NCBI GenBank assembly: GCA_027618515.1
Contig: JAQCEV010000001.1
Span: forward strand, 3,005 to 67,004
Source: Chloroflexota bacterium
Lineage (GTDB): Bacteria; Chloroflexota; Dehalococcoidia; Lucifugimonadales; Australimonadaceae
DNA length: 64,000 nucleotides
Direction of reading: 5' to 3'
The position numbers and the translations under genes are program-made. This document shows positions 18,681 through 28,875 of this stretch, piece by piece. Below the pieces are notes generated by a model. That model was not told the origin of the DNA, did not search any database, and saw only the letters and a program-made list of their open reading frames with translations. Each line of letters starts with the position of its first letter. Position 1 is the first letter of the stretch.

Positions 18681-19406
18681 TTGACGACGCGCATCGATGG
18701 CAGATCTTTCGACGAACTTCGACCTACGACCATCACGTTGGACTACCAGGAGTTCGCTGAGGGATCGGTGCTGGTGGAGGTCGGAAAGACGCGGGTCATC
18801 TGCGCGGCGAGCATCGAGGAACGGGTGCCACCTTTCATGCGAGGCCAGGGCAAAGGCTGGATCACCGCAGAGTATGGGATGCTCCCACGCTCAACGCTCT
18901 CCCGCATCAACCGTGAGCGGAGTGCGAAGGGTGGACGGACGATGGAGATTCAGCGATTGATCGGCCGGTCACTCCGCGCGGTAACGCAGCTCGACAAGGT
19001 GGGAGAGCGGACGATCACCTTGGATTGCGATGTGCTGCAGGCCGACGGTGGGACGCGAACGGCGTCGATCACGGGCGCGTACGTTGCGCTGTACCAGGCG
19101 TTCTTGGGCCTGGTACGCAAGGGGGCGTTGCATCACGTGCCGCTAAGCTCTTCTATCGCGGCTACCAGCGTTGGGCTGGTAGGCGATGAGGTGCTGCTGG
19201 ACCTCTGCTACGACGAGGATTTCAAGGCGAACGTTGACTGCAACGTTGTGATGACGGAGCAGGGTGAGTTCGTCGAGGTACAGAGCACCGGCGAGGAGCA
19301 TCCGTTCTCCCGGGCAGCGTTGGATCAGATGTTGGGGCTGGCCGAGGCTGGCATCCAGCAATTGACCGTTATCCAAAAAGAAGCGATCGCGGCGCTAAGC
19401 CGGTAA
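18681..19406 (+). CDS. rph: Ribonuclease PH
   Basis: [34 protein letters not shown] and [13 protein letters not shown] motifs. Confidence 0.98.
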   Translation: MTTRIDGRSFDELRPTTITLDYQEFAEGSVLVEVGKTRVICAASIEERVPPFMRGQGKGWITAEYGMLPRSTLSRINRERSAKGGRTMEIQRLIGRSLRAVTQLDKVGERTITLDCDVLQADGGTRTASITGAYVALYQAFLGLVRKGALHHVPLSSSIAATSVGLVGDEVLLDLCYDEDFKANVDCNVVMTEQGEFVEVQSTGEEHPFSRAALDQMLGLAEAGIQQLTVIQKEAIAALSR

Positions 19407-19564
19407 GCGTTGGCGTGAGGCCGAACGGCGAACCGTTCACGCCGTTGCTCCGTAGTTATGGTGAATCAACCCACCATTGGGGCGCATCCAATCAGGGCGT
19501 GCGTCCTGTTGGGCCGGAAGCTCCATCGGACCGACGCAGAATCTTCCACCACGGAACTCCATTG

Positions 19565-20677
19565 ATGAATATTCGAAAACTTGCGCTCGCTTCTCTCACG
19601 GTGATCTCCCTGCTGGCTGCGGCATGCAGCAGCGGTGACCCAACGCCCACAGCGGGCTCGACAGCAACGGCGACTCCGACTGCGGCGAGCACGTCGTCCC
19701 CGAACCAGTCAGTCCCGGCGGGGTTCCCTGATATCGCGAGCGTGGTCGAGCGGGTCGCCCCAGCAGTGGTCCAAATCATCGCGACTACGCAGGAGCAGAA
19801 CATCTTCGGTCAAACGACGGATTCGACCTCGCAGGGATCGGGCGTGTTTTTCAGCGAAGAGGGTTATCTGCTGACGAACAACCACGTAGTAGAAGGCGCG
19901 ACGAGCGTACGTGTTGTGTTGGCCAGCCGTGAGCGAGTAGACGCTGAGATCATCGGGTTAGACCCCGAGGCGGATCTGGCCGTGCTCAAGATCGACCCCA
20001 ACGACGTCGAGGAGCTTGTGATCGCCAAACTGGGCGATACGGACGCGATGCGGATCGGCGATTGGGTGATCGCGATCGGTAGCCCGCTAGGCTACGAAGG
20101 CTCAGTGACGGTGGGGATCGTGAGCGCGAAGGGTCGTTCGCTAGTGCTGGAGCAGAACGCGCCAGCACTACATGACTTGGTGCAGACCGATGCGGTCATC
20201 AACCCTGGTAACAGTGGAGGGCCGCTGCTGAATCTGGCCGGTGAGGTCATCGGCATCAATACGGCGATCATCCGCGGTTTGATCGGCAACAACCAGGAGG
20301 CCGAGGGCATCGGTTTCTCCGTGAGCATGGGTACTGCGATCCCGGTCTCTCGGCAACTCATCGAGAATGGCCGAGTGATCCGGCCACGCATCGGCGTGAC
20401 CATCGAAGACGTGACGCCCGTGAATGCGGCGGAGCGTGGGCTGTCCGTCCACGAGGGTGTTCTGGTTCTGGGCGTGGTTTCGGGTGGCCCCGCTGACCGA
20501 GCAGGGATCGAGACCAACGATGTGATCGTTATGGTGGACGACTCCCCGGTGAGTTCGACGACCGAGTTGGTGCGCCTGCTGCTCAATGGGTACAAAGTAG
20601 GCGACACGATACACATGGCGGTCGTCCGCTCCGCAGTCACCTTGACCTTCGACATCACCCTCGAAGAAGTTTCGTAA
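19565..20677 (+). CDS. htrA: HtrA/DegP-like serine protease lipoprotein with one PDZ domain
   Basis: Lipobox LLAAAC, TNNHVV, DLAVLK, TDAVINPGNSGGPL and a C-terminal PDZ domain. Confidence 0.93.
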   Translation: MNIRKLALASLTVISLLAAACSSGDPTPTAGSTATATPTAASTSSPNQSVPAGFPDIASVVERVAPAVVQIIATTQEQNIFGQTTDSTSQGSGVFFSEEGYLLTNNHVVEGATSVRVVLASRERVDAEIIGLDPEADLAVLKIDPNDVEELVIAKLGDTDAMRIGDWVIAIGSPLGYEGSVTVGIVSAKGRSLVLEQNAPALHDLVQTDAVINPGNSGGPLLNLAGEVIGINTAIIRGLIGNNQEAEGIGFSVSMGTAIPVSRQLIENGRVIRPRIGVTIEDVTPVNAAERGLSVHEGVLVLGVVSGGPADRAGIETNDVIVMVDDSPVSSTTELVRLLLNGYKVGDTIHMAVVRSAVTLTFDITLEEVS

Positions 20678-20756
20678 GCGGCGTAGCCGTGACTCACGCC
20701 GGGCGTGTTCAGGCCCTGCGCGCGAACGTCAATAGACGGCTGTCCCCGGAGTAGGG

Positions 20757-21176
20757 CTAGAGGCCGTGGGCGTACATGCGGGTGGGCGCGAGCAGGATGG
20801 CGACGCGCTTCTGCTCGGCCATGACAGCGTCGTACTCATCCCAGTTGGGGTGTTCTTTGCCAGCACTGGCTCGATAGACGTCTCTCAACGTGGCTCGCAA
20901 CGTGTCAGCGTCGGAGTTGTGTGCGCCAACGACTTGGGCGTCGCCGTCGAGGACAGCGTAGACCCGCAAGTCAGGGGACATGACCATCATGGCGCACCGA
21001 GGGTCGCGCAGGAGGTTGGCGTACTTGGCGTTGCGTTGGCGCGTGGTGAAGGCGAGGGCATCGCCGACACGACCGACGGTGACGAGGCTCATCTGCTGGC
21101 GACCGTCGCGCCTATACGTGCTGAAGTTCACGACTTGGTTCTGGGCCAACAGCGGCGTTAGGTCATCGATGTTCAT
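20757..21176 (-). CDS. PPOX-class (putative F420-dependent) oxidoreductase
   Basis: STYRRDGRQQMS, KYANLLRDPR and HPNWDEYDAVMAEQKRV motifs. TTGACA-N18-TAGCCT promoter at 21203-21232. Confidence 0.88.
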   Translation of the reverse strand: MNIDDLTPLLAQNQVVNFSTYRRDGRQQMSLVTVGRVGDALAFTTRQRNAKYANLLRDPRCAMMVMSPDLRVYAVLDGDAQVVGAHNSDADTLRATLRDVYRASAGKEHPNWDEYDAVMAEQKRVAILLAPTRMYAHGL

Positions 21177-21330
21177 TGAGTACTCCCTGGGAACGTAGGT
21201 CGAGGCTAGGCGCGGTCGGGTGAACCTGTCAACGCGGGGGAATCGGCTGAACGAGAGGGCGGGCCATCGCTTTAGGGTGAGCGGTGTTCTACCATTGCGT
21301 TGAGCCCTGAACCTATAGCCGGAGCGATAC

Positions 21331-22686
21331 GTGACCGACCCAACCGACGAAGCGACTTCTGAGGCGACCCCAGAACGCCGACGACCCCGCTTCTTCTACG
21401 GTTGGACTATCGTGGCATCTAGCGTTGCAACGAATACGCTCCTCTCGGCGGCTTACTTCCAAGGTTTCAGCGTCTTGTTCCTGCCCATCGAAAGCGCGTT
21501 CGGTTGGCCTCGATGGGTGATCTCCGCTGCGTTCAGCATGAGGCAGCTTGAGTCTGGTGTGGCCAGTCCGTTCATCGGTTTCATGCTCGTGCGGATGACG
21601 GCTCGGTCCATGATCCTGTGGAGCGGGATAATTACGGGCTTGGGGTTGATCGGGCTGGGCATGATCAACGGCTTGTTCACCTTCTTCTTGTTCTTCTTCA
21701 TCGTTTCTCTGGGGGCTTCAGGGGCGAGTCACGCGGTAACGTGGCCGGTGCTGATCGCTCGGTGGTTCCGGCGCAAGCGTGGTATGGCGATGGGCTTCGC
21801 GGTGATGGGGCCGATCTTCGGGTCGCCGTTCCTGCTGCTCAACACGTCGTTGGAGGAGTCGTTCGGGTGGCGTGCAGTGTTGATCGGCTACGGCGTTGTG
21901 GTGATCGTGGGCATCTCGTTGATCAGCATGCTGATCAGCAACACACCAGAGGAGCACGGGCTTCATCCCGATGGCGATGAGCCGAAGGACGAGGCGGAAT
22001 CGGAGGTGATGCGATCGCGCACACGGGCGGACTCCGGGCTATCAGTTCACGACGTGCTGCACACCCGGGAGTTCTGGTTGCTTGTGGCTTACATGGGTGG
22101 CATGTTCATAGTGAATTCGGGGATCCACGGGCATCAAATCCCCTATCTGATCTTGGATCGCGGCTTTTCGCCGACCGAAGCAGCATTGTCCGTGACGCTG
22201 GTCTTCCTGTTCAGTGCGATCGGTCGCATGGGTGGTGGGATAATCATGGATCGCTCCGACTATCGATTCGTGCTGGCGGTGATGGCCACGGTCATGGGTT
22301 TTTCAATCCTGTACCTGCAAGTGGCCGAGCCCAGCACGGTGTTCGGTGCGATGCCCTTCATCGTGATGTTCGGGGTTGGCTTCGGCAGCATGATTCCCAT
22401 CCGAGGGACGTTGGGCAGCATGATGTTCGGGTTGCGGTCGCTGGGGCCGGTGATCGGCATGATGCAGGGCGGGGCCGTCGCAGCCGGGGTCTTTGGGCCG
22501 ATCTACCTCGGGGTGATGTTCGACGTGAACGGCTCATACCGTGAGGCGATGTGGGGCTTGGTGGTCATCAGCTTCGTGATGGCGCCGATGGCGTTCCTGA
22601 TGTCGTCGCCAAAGTACCTGCGCGACCGCAAGGCTCAAGCGGGCGAGGACGCCTCGGCCGCCGCAGACTCTGCCAGGCCCGGATAA
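21331..22686 (+). CDS. MFS transporter (OFA/MCT-like)
   Basis: FFYGWTIV, about 12 TM helices, ARWFRRKRGMAMG and TREFWLL motifs. Confidence 0.93.
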   Translation: MTDPTDEATSEATPERRRPRFFYGWTIVASSVATNTLLSAAYFQGFSVLFLPIESAFGWPRWVISAAFSMRQLESGVASPFIGFMLVRMTARSMILWSGIITGLGLIGLGMINGLFTFFLFFFIVSLGASGASHAVTWPVLIARWFRRKRGMAMGFAVMGPIFGSPFLLLNTSLEESFGWRAVLIGYGVVVIVGISLISMLISNTPEEHGLHPDGDEPKDEAESEVMRSRTRADSGLSVHDVLHTREFWLLVAYMGGMFIVNSGIHGHQIPYLILDRGFSPTEAALSVTLVFLFSAIGRMGGGIIMDRSDYRFVLAVMATVMGFSILYLQVAEPSTVFGAMPFIVMFGVGFGSMIPIRGTLGSMMFGLRSLGPVIGMMQGGAVAAGVFGPIYLGVMFDVNGSYREAMWGLVVISFVMAPMAFLMSSPKYLRDRKAQAGEDASAAADSARPG

Positions 22687-22700
22687 CGTACGATATTGCT

Positions 22701-22964
22701 GTGAAAGAGATCTTTGGCAATTGGACGGGCGTGATCGGGGTCATCGGCGTGATCGCGTTCGTGATCTTCGGCTTGCCCATCACACCGGGCTGGCTGAGTT
22801 GGCCGTGCCTTGGGATCGCGGTCATGGCCCTCGGTCGCCTGATCGTCGTGGGCGACCGCCACCACCAAAAAGTGTCGGATCATCTGGATATGGACAACGA
22901 CGAGGCCGCTGACGGCAGAGCGCAGCGGATCCGGGATCTGCTGGGCGAGGACAGGCGTCCCTAG
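22701..22964 (+). CDS. Small 2-TM membrane protein
   Basis: GTG 6 nt after TACGAT; two hydrophobic helices and a charged tail. Confidence 0.6.
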   Translation: MKEIFGNWTGVIGVIGVIAFVIFGLPITPGWLSWPCLGIAVMALGRLIVVGDRHHQKVSDHLDMDNDEAADGRAQRIRDLLGEDRRP

Positions 22965-22973
22965 TCGGATCGG

Positions 22974-24572
22974 CTAGTCGAAGACGGTCTTGGAGTAGGG
23001 CTCAACGTCGACGAAGGTCTCGATGACGCTGGGGCCATCCAACGCGAGACCCCACCTGATGGCGTCCGCCAATTCATCTTGGTTGCGCACAGCGCGCACC
23101 GGCACGCCGAAGTAGTGGGCGGGCGGCTCGAGGGCTTCGCCAAGCACAGCCGCTGACTCCGGGTTGCCCAGTCTTTCCTGCTTGACCTTCATGAGCCCGA
23201 GCCAGCCGTCGTTCAGGACGATGATGGGGACGCATAGTCCCAGGCGTCGCACCGTCGCGAGCTCACCCGCTGTCATCTGAAAGCCACCGTCGCCGACGAT
23301 GCCGACGACCTGCCGGTCGGAGCGCGCGAGTTTGGCCGCGTAGGCCGAAGGCATGCCGTAGCCCATAGATGACCAACCATTGGTGGCAACCGCAGTGTGC
23401 GGTAGGTCGGTCTGCCACTGGGTGGCGATCTGGTGCGTGTGGGCGCCCACGTCATAGGTGAGGACCGCGTCGTCAGCGAGTTCGGCGCGCAGCACGTCGA
23501 GCACGTGGTGCGTGGCGAGCTTGGTGCTGGCGGGCCGTAGGTTTTCGTGGAGAGTCTTGCGGTGGGCAGCCCAAGAGTCACGATCCCACGCGTTCTCGAC
23601 GGTCGGCAGGTCGGCCAATCGGGTGACGATGGCATCGATGTCACCGACGGCCTCGTAGGCAACGATGGCGTGAGTGCCAGGCTGCACGGGCTCAGTGCTG
23701 AGGTGCACGACCGGGGTTTCGCCCAGCCAGTCTTCGTAGTCGATCTCGATGGGGTCGAAGCCAACGGCGATCACCAGGTCTGCCTGATCCATCATGCGTT
23801 TGACGTCGGTGCGACGCGCGCGGCCCATGACTCCGAGCGCCGCGGGGTGCGACTCAGGCAGGAATCCTTTGGCGTGGAGCGTGGTGACGAAGGGCACCTG
23901 CTGCTTGTCGATGAACTGAAGCAAGGCCTCAGGGGCCTTGGCACGCGTGAACGTGAGGCCAGTAACGACGAGGGGGCGCTCAGCGGTGCGTAGGGCGGCT
24001 TCGACGCGCTCGCTCATGTCAGAGGGAGGTGGAGGAACGGGGGCGGGGACGAGGGCATCTAGGGGAGACTCGGTGGCTTCCGCGACACCGACGTCTTCGG
24101 GGAAGTCGAGGTGGATGGGGCCGGGCGGCTCAGCGACGGCTTCACTCAGGGCGCGCGCTAGTGTTTCAGCCACGTGGCCTTCCTCGATCAGGTAGGTAGC
24201 TTTGGTGAGTGGTGCGAAGAGCGCTTGGTGGTCGATGAACATCTGGGTGCGTCGGCCGTACTGGGCGCGCACGTAGTTGCAGGTGATGGCGATGACGGGA
24301 GAGCGGTCTAGGTAGGCACCACCGACGCCGGTGGTGAGGTTTGTCGCGCCGGGGCCGACGGTGGAGACACAGACGCCGGGGATGCCGGTGAGCCGACCAG
24401 CCGCCTCAGCCATGAAGCCAGCGGACGTTTCGCTGGCGGTGAGGACGAAGTCGACGGTGTCGCTCTGGCGTAGGGCTTCGATGAGGGGGAGGACGGGGCC
24501 GGAGGGGACGCCGAACACCCAGCGCACGCCTGCGCGCTCCAGCATACGGACGGTTAGTTCGACGTTGTTCAC
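22974..24572 (-). CDS. Thiamine diphosphate-dependent enzyme (acetolactate synthase-like family)
   Basis: FGVPSG, ETSAGFMA, GPGATN and the GDGGFQM...N TPP motif. Confidence 0.93.
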   Translation of the reverse strand: MNNVELTVRMLERAGVRWVFGVPSGPVLPLIEALRQSDTVDFVLTASETSAGFMAEAAGRLTGIPGVCVSTVGPGATNLTTGVGGAYLDRSPVIAITCNYVRAQYGRRTQMFIDHQALFAPLTKATYLIEEGHVAETLARALSEAVAEPPGPIHLDFPEDVGVAEATESPLDALVPAPVPPPPSDMSERVEAALRTAERPLVVTGLTFTRAKAPEALLQFIDKQQVPFVTTLHAKGFLPESHPAALGVMGRARRTDVKRMMDQADLVIAVGFDPIEIDYEDWLGETPVVHLSTEPVQPGTHAIVAYEAVGDIDAIVTRLADLPTVENAWDRDSWAAHRKTLHENLRPASTKLATHHVLDVLRAELADDAVLTYDVGAHTHQIATQWQTDLPHTAVATNGWSSMGYGMPSAYAAKLARSDRQVVGIVGDGGFQMTAGELATVRRLGLCVPIIVLNDGWLGLMKVKQERLGNPESAAVLGEALEPPAHYFGVPVRAVRNQDELADAIRWGLALDGPSVIETFVDVEPYSKTVFD

Positions 24573-24574
24573 GA

Positions 24575-25378
24575 TTACGTACCTAGGTGGACGGGGTCCA
24601 CTGCTTGCTGGACGGTTCGGATGATGGACATGGCGGTGAGCTTGCCCGTCTTGGGGTTCTCACTGGGGATGTTTTCGAGATGCAGCCGCATGAGGCCGAA
24701 CTCGCCTTCGACCTCGATGTCATGGCAGTTGCGCGTGAGGCCAGGCACGGCGATGACCTTGAGGATGGTGCGATCCGGGCCTATGCCAGCGAAGCTGACG
24801 GCGGCAGAGATGTTGAGGTTGGCGGGGAAGCCCGCGCAGGCGTCAGTGGCGGAGCCAGAGAAGACCTCGGTCTCCTCGGTGAGCGCCCAGAGGTCGATGT
24901 TGTTGTTCACGATGTGCGGCGCGCCATCCAGTGCGGCGGGGCCTTTGCGGGAGACCATCGTCACGTGGTCGATCTCGCCGACCGAGGCGGACTTGATGCC
25001 GTCGAGCCCGATGATGGCGCCGGAGGGCATGAGGAGGCGGCAGCCGGTTTCACGTGAGCGCGCCATGATCTCGGGGTGCGCGACGAGGGCACCGATGCTG
25101 ATGAGCATGAGGTCTTTACCAGCGTCGAACACAGCAGCGGCGAGTTCGGGTACGACATGACCACCGGCGGCCTCGATGATGAGGTCAGACGCGGCGATGA
25201 GGTCGGTTTGGCTCAAGAGTGGCCAGTCGTGCTGGAGCGATGCGAGGAATTCTCGCGCTGGCGCTTCCGTGCGGGCGGAGACGCCCGCGACTTCGACGTT
25301 GATCTGCCCAGCGTCGGCCGCTTTGAGGATGGCTTTGCCGATGGCTCCGCAGCCGACGATCCCGATGCGTGTGGTCAT
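24575..25378 (-). CDS. nadX: Aspartate dehydrogenase family protein
   Basis: IGIVGCGAIG, EAAG, SIGAL, PSGAIIGLD, FPANLNISA and NPKTG motifs. Confidence 0.9.
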   Translation of the reverse strand: MTTRIGIVGCGAIGKAILKAADAGQINVEVAGVSARTEAPAREFLASLQHDWPLLSQTDLIAASDLIIEAAGGHVVPELAAAVFDAGKDLMLISIGALVAHPEIMARSRETGCRLLMPSGAIIGLDGIKSASVGEIDHVTMVSRKGPAALDGAPHIVNNNIDLWALTEETEVFSGSATDACAGFPANLNISAAVSFAGIGPDRTILKVIAVPGLTRNCHDIEVEGEFGLMRLHLENIPSENPKTGKLTAMSIIRTVQQAVDPVHLGT

Positions 25379-25491
25379 TTCTCCCTCTTCTCCCGAGTGA
25401 ACCCTACAAGTAGGGGCGACCGGTTGGTCGCCCCTACTCACCTTCAGGTTGGATCTAGGCTAGTTAGGCAAAAGCGTGGTGCTTTCGGGGG

Positions 25492-26436
25492 CTACTTCTC
25501 GTTGCCAGCCCGGAGCCAGCCCACGTAGTCGGCGATGGCGTCGTCGACGCTCCATTGCGACTTGAATCCGAGGCCCGCCAGGCGCTCGGCCGTCATGTAG
25601 CCATCCTTCTTGTGTGCGGGGCCTTCGCCTGCCTGGAGTGCGATCTTGGCGTCTGGAATCGCCTTCTTCACGGCGGACTCAATGTCACCGTTGGTGATCT
25701 GATGGCCGGCGCCCAGGTTGTAGATGTTGTGCTCCAGCTTGTCCGCCATGTAGACGGTCTGGATGGCCTTCGCAGTGTCTTTCACGTAGAAGATGTCGGC
25801 ATTGTCGCCCGCGAAGGGCACGCGGCCGCCCATGTACTCAGGGTCGACACCCTTCACAGATGCGCTGACGAGTCGGCTGGGCAGGTTCATGCCCGAGTGG
25901 TAGAGCGGGCCCCAGATGCCCCCGATGCGCATGTTGATGAGCTCGATGCCCGTGCGCGATGCGTAGTGCATGCCCAGGATCTCCCAGGCTTTCTTGTACG
26001 TCTCGGTTGGGTTGGCCGATTCCATGGGGAGGCGGTCGGTCTCGCTGTAGGGGCCATCGCCCATGCTGTGGTATACGGCGATGGAGCTGGCCACGCAGAT
26101 GCGTCGGACCTCAGCCTCGCGTGCTGCTTCGAGGGCGTCGATGAGCCCGGTCATGTTGGTTCGGTAGTCTTCGGCGGCGGTGAGCGCTGCAACACCAGGG
26201 ACCGCGAGGTGAATGATGCCGTCAACCTTGTGCTTCTTGGCGATATCGCGGATGACGTTGCCCTGGGAAACGTCGCCCTTCTCGATGATGACGCGTTTGC
26301 CGAACTCGTCCTTGATGAAATCTGGCTCACGCCAGGTTTGGTACCACGTGATCACCACGTCCTCACCAGCATCGACGAGAGCCCTCGCCGTGTGGAGACC
26401 AATGAAACCCATACCGCCAGTGATGAGAACGGTCAC
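25492..26436 (-). CDS. NAD-dependent epimerase/dehydratase family (atypical extended SDR), paralog 1
   Basis: VLITGGMGFIG, IIHLA, ASS, PTETYKKAWE and YNLGAG motifs. Confidence 0.9.
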   Translation of the reverse strand: MTVLITGGMGFIGLHTARALVDAGEDVVITWYQTWREPDFIKDEFGKRVIIEKGDVSQGNVIRDIAKKHKVDGIIHLAVPGVAALTAAEDYRTNMTGLIDALEAAREAEVRRICVASSIAVYHSMGDGPYSETDRLPMESANPTETYKKAWEILGMHYASRTGIELINMRIGGIWGPLYHSGMNLPSRLVSASVKGVDPEYMGGRVPFAGDNADIFYVKDTAKAIQTVYMADKLEHNIYNLGAGHQITNGDIESAVKKAIPDAKIALQAGEGPAHKKDGYMTAERLAGLGFKSQWSVDDAIADYVGWLRAGNEK

Positions 26437-26669
26437 CGTCGCACCTCCGCAATCTTCTTTGTGTATCTGGTTGCCGCCGCGCCCGGCGCGCGGTTGAGGG
26501 TAGCATATCGGAGGCGTCGGCTGGTGGCCGGGCGCGGGTTCCGATCGCTACCGAGTCGCGACCGGAGCGCGTTGTGCGAACGGGGGTAGATTCCTATCCT
26601 AAGCAGGCTGCCCACCCCGCGAGCGACTATCGCTGGGGTGATCTGCGGGATTCCGCCGGAAGAGGCCCC

Positions 26670-28868
26670 ATGATCAGTCAAAACGAAGCTGCGACGACAA
26701 CCACCGCACGGGTGGCCCGTTGGAGCGCTCATCACCGTTGGATCGTTCTGATCGTGACGTTCCTAGTGCTAGCGGCGTCGGTGTTCGCATCAGCGACGTT
26801 GGAGGTAGTCCTGCAGGATACCGAGGGAGACATCGGCGAGTCGGCTGACGCGCACGCGGTACTCGCTGCGAAATTCCCTCGCGGCGGCGAGAGCGGCGAG
26901 CAGTTGCTGATCAGTCACACTGAACTGAGCGTGATGGATTCGGGCTACCAGGCGGTGGCCGAGCAGGTGTTCGAAGATCTGTTGGCACTGCCGCAGATCA
27001 AGTCGGTAAGTTCAGTCTATGAAACGCCCGCGCCGGGGCACGTCTCGGCCGATGGGCACGTGCTACGAACGGACGTCGTGATCGACCGTCAGGTGCCCGT
27101 GGACGGACATCGAGCGGACGCGATCATCGCAGCCGTGGCGGGAGCGCGCGAAGCCAACAGCGACGCGGGCTACTCCATCGCGATCGTGGGTAATCTAACC
27201 ACCAATCGCGAAGTCAACGAGATAACCAACGAGGACTTTGGGCAGATCATGATCGTGTCACTAGGGCTCGGTCTGATCATCATGTTGCTGGCGTTCCGCG
27301 CAGTGATCGCGGCGTTGATCCCGCTAGCGCTTGCAGTGGGCGCGATCACCATCGCCAACGGGCTGGCTGCGGTGATCAGCCAGTCATATGCGCTGAACGA
27401 CCAGTACTCGGAGATGATCCTGCTGTTGGGTTTGGCGGTGGGTATCGATTACTCGCTGTTCATCGTGAGTCGGTACCACAAAGAGCGGGAGGCGGGTAAG
27501 GACAAGTACGCGGCGATCGTGGCGGCTAACAATACGACGGGCCGTGCAGTGTTCTTCGCTGGCGTGACGGTACTGGTGTCGTTGGCGGGTCTGACGCTGA
27601 CGAACCACCCGATCTTCGTGTCGCTGGCGATGGGCGCGATGCTGGTGGTGTTCGTGACGATCATCGGGTCGGTGACGTTCCTCCCAGCAGTGCTGGCGGT
27701 GATCGGCGATGGCGTGAACAGGCTGCGCATGCCGTTCCTGGATCGTTTGGTTGGCAATGGCATATGGGGAGCGGTGACTGACAGGGTTATGGCCCGACCG
27801 GCGATCTTCGCCAGCGTCGCGTTGGTCGGGTTGATCGCGCTGGCGATACCTGCATTCGCAATCCATCTCGGTTTCCCCACGGGTTCAAAATCTTTGCACA
27901 ACGCGGTGACCGCAAAGACCGCGCTAGTCCTGTTGGAGCAGCATTTCACGGCGGGATTCACGGACCCAACGCTAGTGGTGGTTTCGGCGGATGATGTGAC
28001 GACGCCTGCGGTTCAGGATGCAGTCGCTGGCTTCATCGCGCGCTTGGAGACCGAGTCCGACCGCTACTTCGGTCCGTTCGAAGCGACACCGAACCCGGCA
28101 GGCGATACATTGTTGATCCGGGTGCCGATGAGCGGAGATCTCAAACTGGCGGCGGCGGGCGTTGAAGCACTACGCGAAGAGATACTGCCAGTTGCGTTCG
28201 GCTCGACAGGCGCGCGAGCGCTGGTCGGCGGTTCCACTGCGTCGACCTTGGACTTCAAGGCGTTCGTGTACAGCAAGGCGCCGATCGTGTTCGCGTTCGT
28301 TCTAGGGGTCGCGTTCCTGTTGCTGCTGTGGATGTTCCGTTCGATCGTGATCCCGATCAAGTCGATCATCCTGAACATGCTGTCCGTCGCGGCAGCGTAC
28401 GGGGTGCTGGTGATGGTGTTCCAGTGGGGCTGGGGGATCAGCCTGCTGGACTCGGAGTCGTCCGGGGTGATCCTGGCGTGGCTGCCACTGTTCCTGTTCA
28501 CGATCCTGTTTGGGTTGTCGATGGACTACCACATGCTGCTGCTGAACCGGGTGAAAGAGGCCTACGACCTCACGGGCAAGAACGATGAATCCGTGGCCAT
28601 AGGCATCAGGCTGACGGCGGGGCAGATCACCAGCGCGGCGGCGATCATGGTGGGGGTGTTCTCGGCGTTCGCGCTCGCCCGCGATGTGAGGCTGCAGCAG
28701 TTCGGCGTGGGGCTTGGGGTGTCGGTGCTGATCGACGCGACGGTTATCAGGTCGGTGTTACTGCCAGCGACGATGAAGCTGCTGGGCGACTGGAACTGGT
28801 ACCTGCCATCCTGGCTGGAATGGTTGCCACGGGTGTCGATGGCGGAGCCCGAGCCCGAAGCCCAGTAG
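26670..28868 (+). CDS. MMPL/RND-family transporter
   Basis: GLAVGIDYSLF, GRAVFFAG, FGLSMDYH and DATVIRSVLLPA...WNWYLP motifs. Confidence 0.95.
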   Translation: MISQNEAATTTTARVARWSAHHRWIVLIVTFLVLAASVFASATLEVVLQDTEGDIGESADAHAVLAAKFPRGGESGEQLLISHTELSVMDSGYQAVAEQVFEDLLALPQIKSVSSVYETPAPGHVSADGHVLRTDVVIDRQVPVDGHRADAIIAAVAGAREANSDAGYSIAIVGNLTTNREVNEITNEDFGQIMIVSLGLGLIIMLLAFRAVIAALIPLALAVGAITIANGLAAVISQSYALNDQYSEMILLLGLAVGIDYSLFIVSRYHKEREAGKDKYAAIVAANNTTGRAVFFAGVTVLVSLAGLTLTNHPIFVSLAMGAMLVVFVTIIGSVTFLPAVLAVIGDGVNRLRMPFLDRLVGNGIWGAVTDRVMARPAIFASVALVGLIALAIPAFAIHLGFPTGSKSLHNAVTAKTALVLLEQHFTAGFTDPTLVVVSADDVTTPAVQDAVAGFIARLETESDRYFGPFEATPNPAGDTLLIRVPMSGDLKLAAAGVEALREEILPVAFGSTGARALVGGSTASTLDFKAFVYSKAPIVFAFVLGVAFLLLLWMFRSIVIPIKSIILNMLSVAAAYGVLVMVFQWGWGISLLDSESSGVILAWLPLFLFTILFGLSMDYHMLLLNRVKEAYDLTGKNDESVAIGIRLTAGQITSAAAIMVGVFSAFALARDVRLQQFGVGLGVSVLIDATVIRSVLLPATMKLLGDWNWYLPSWLEWLPRVSMAEPEPEAQ

Positions 28869-28875
28869 TCGTCTG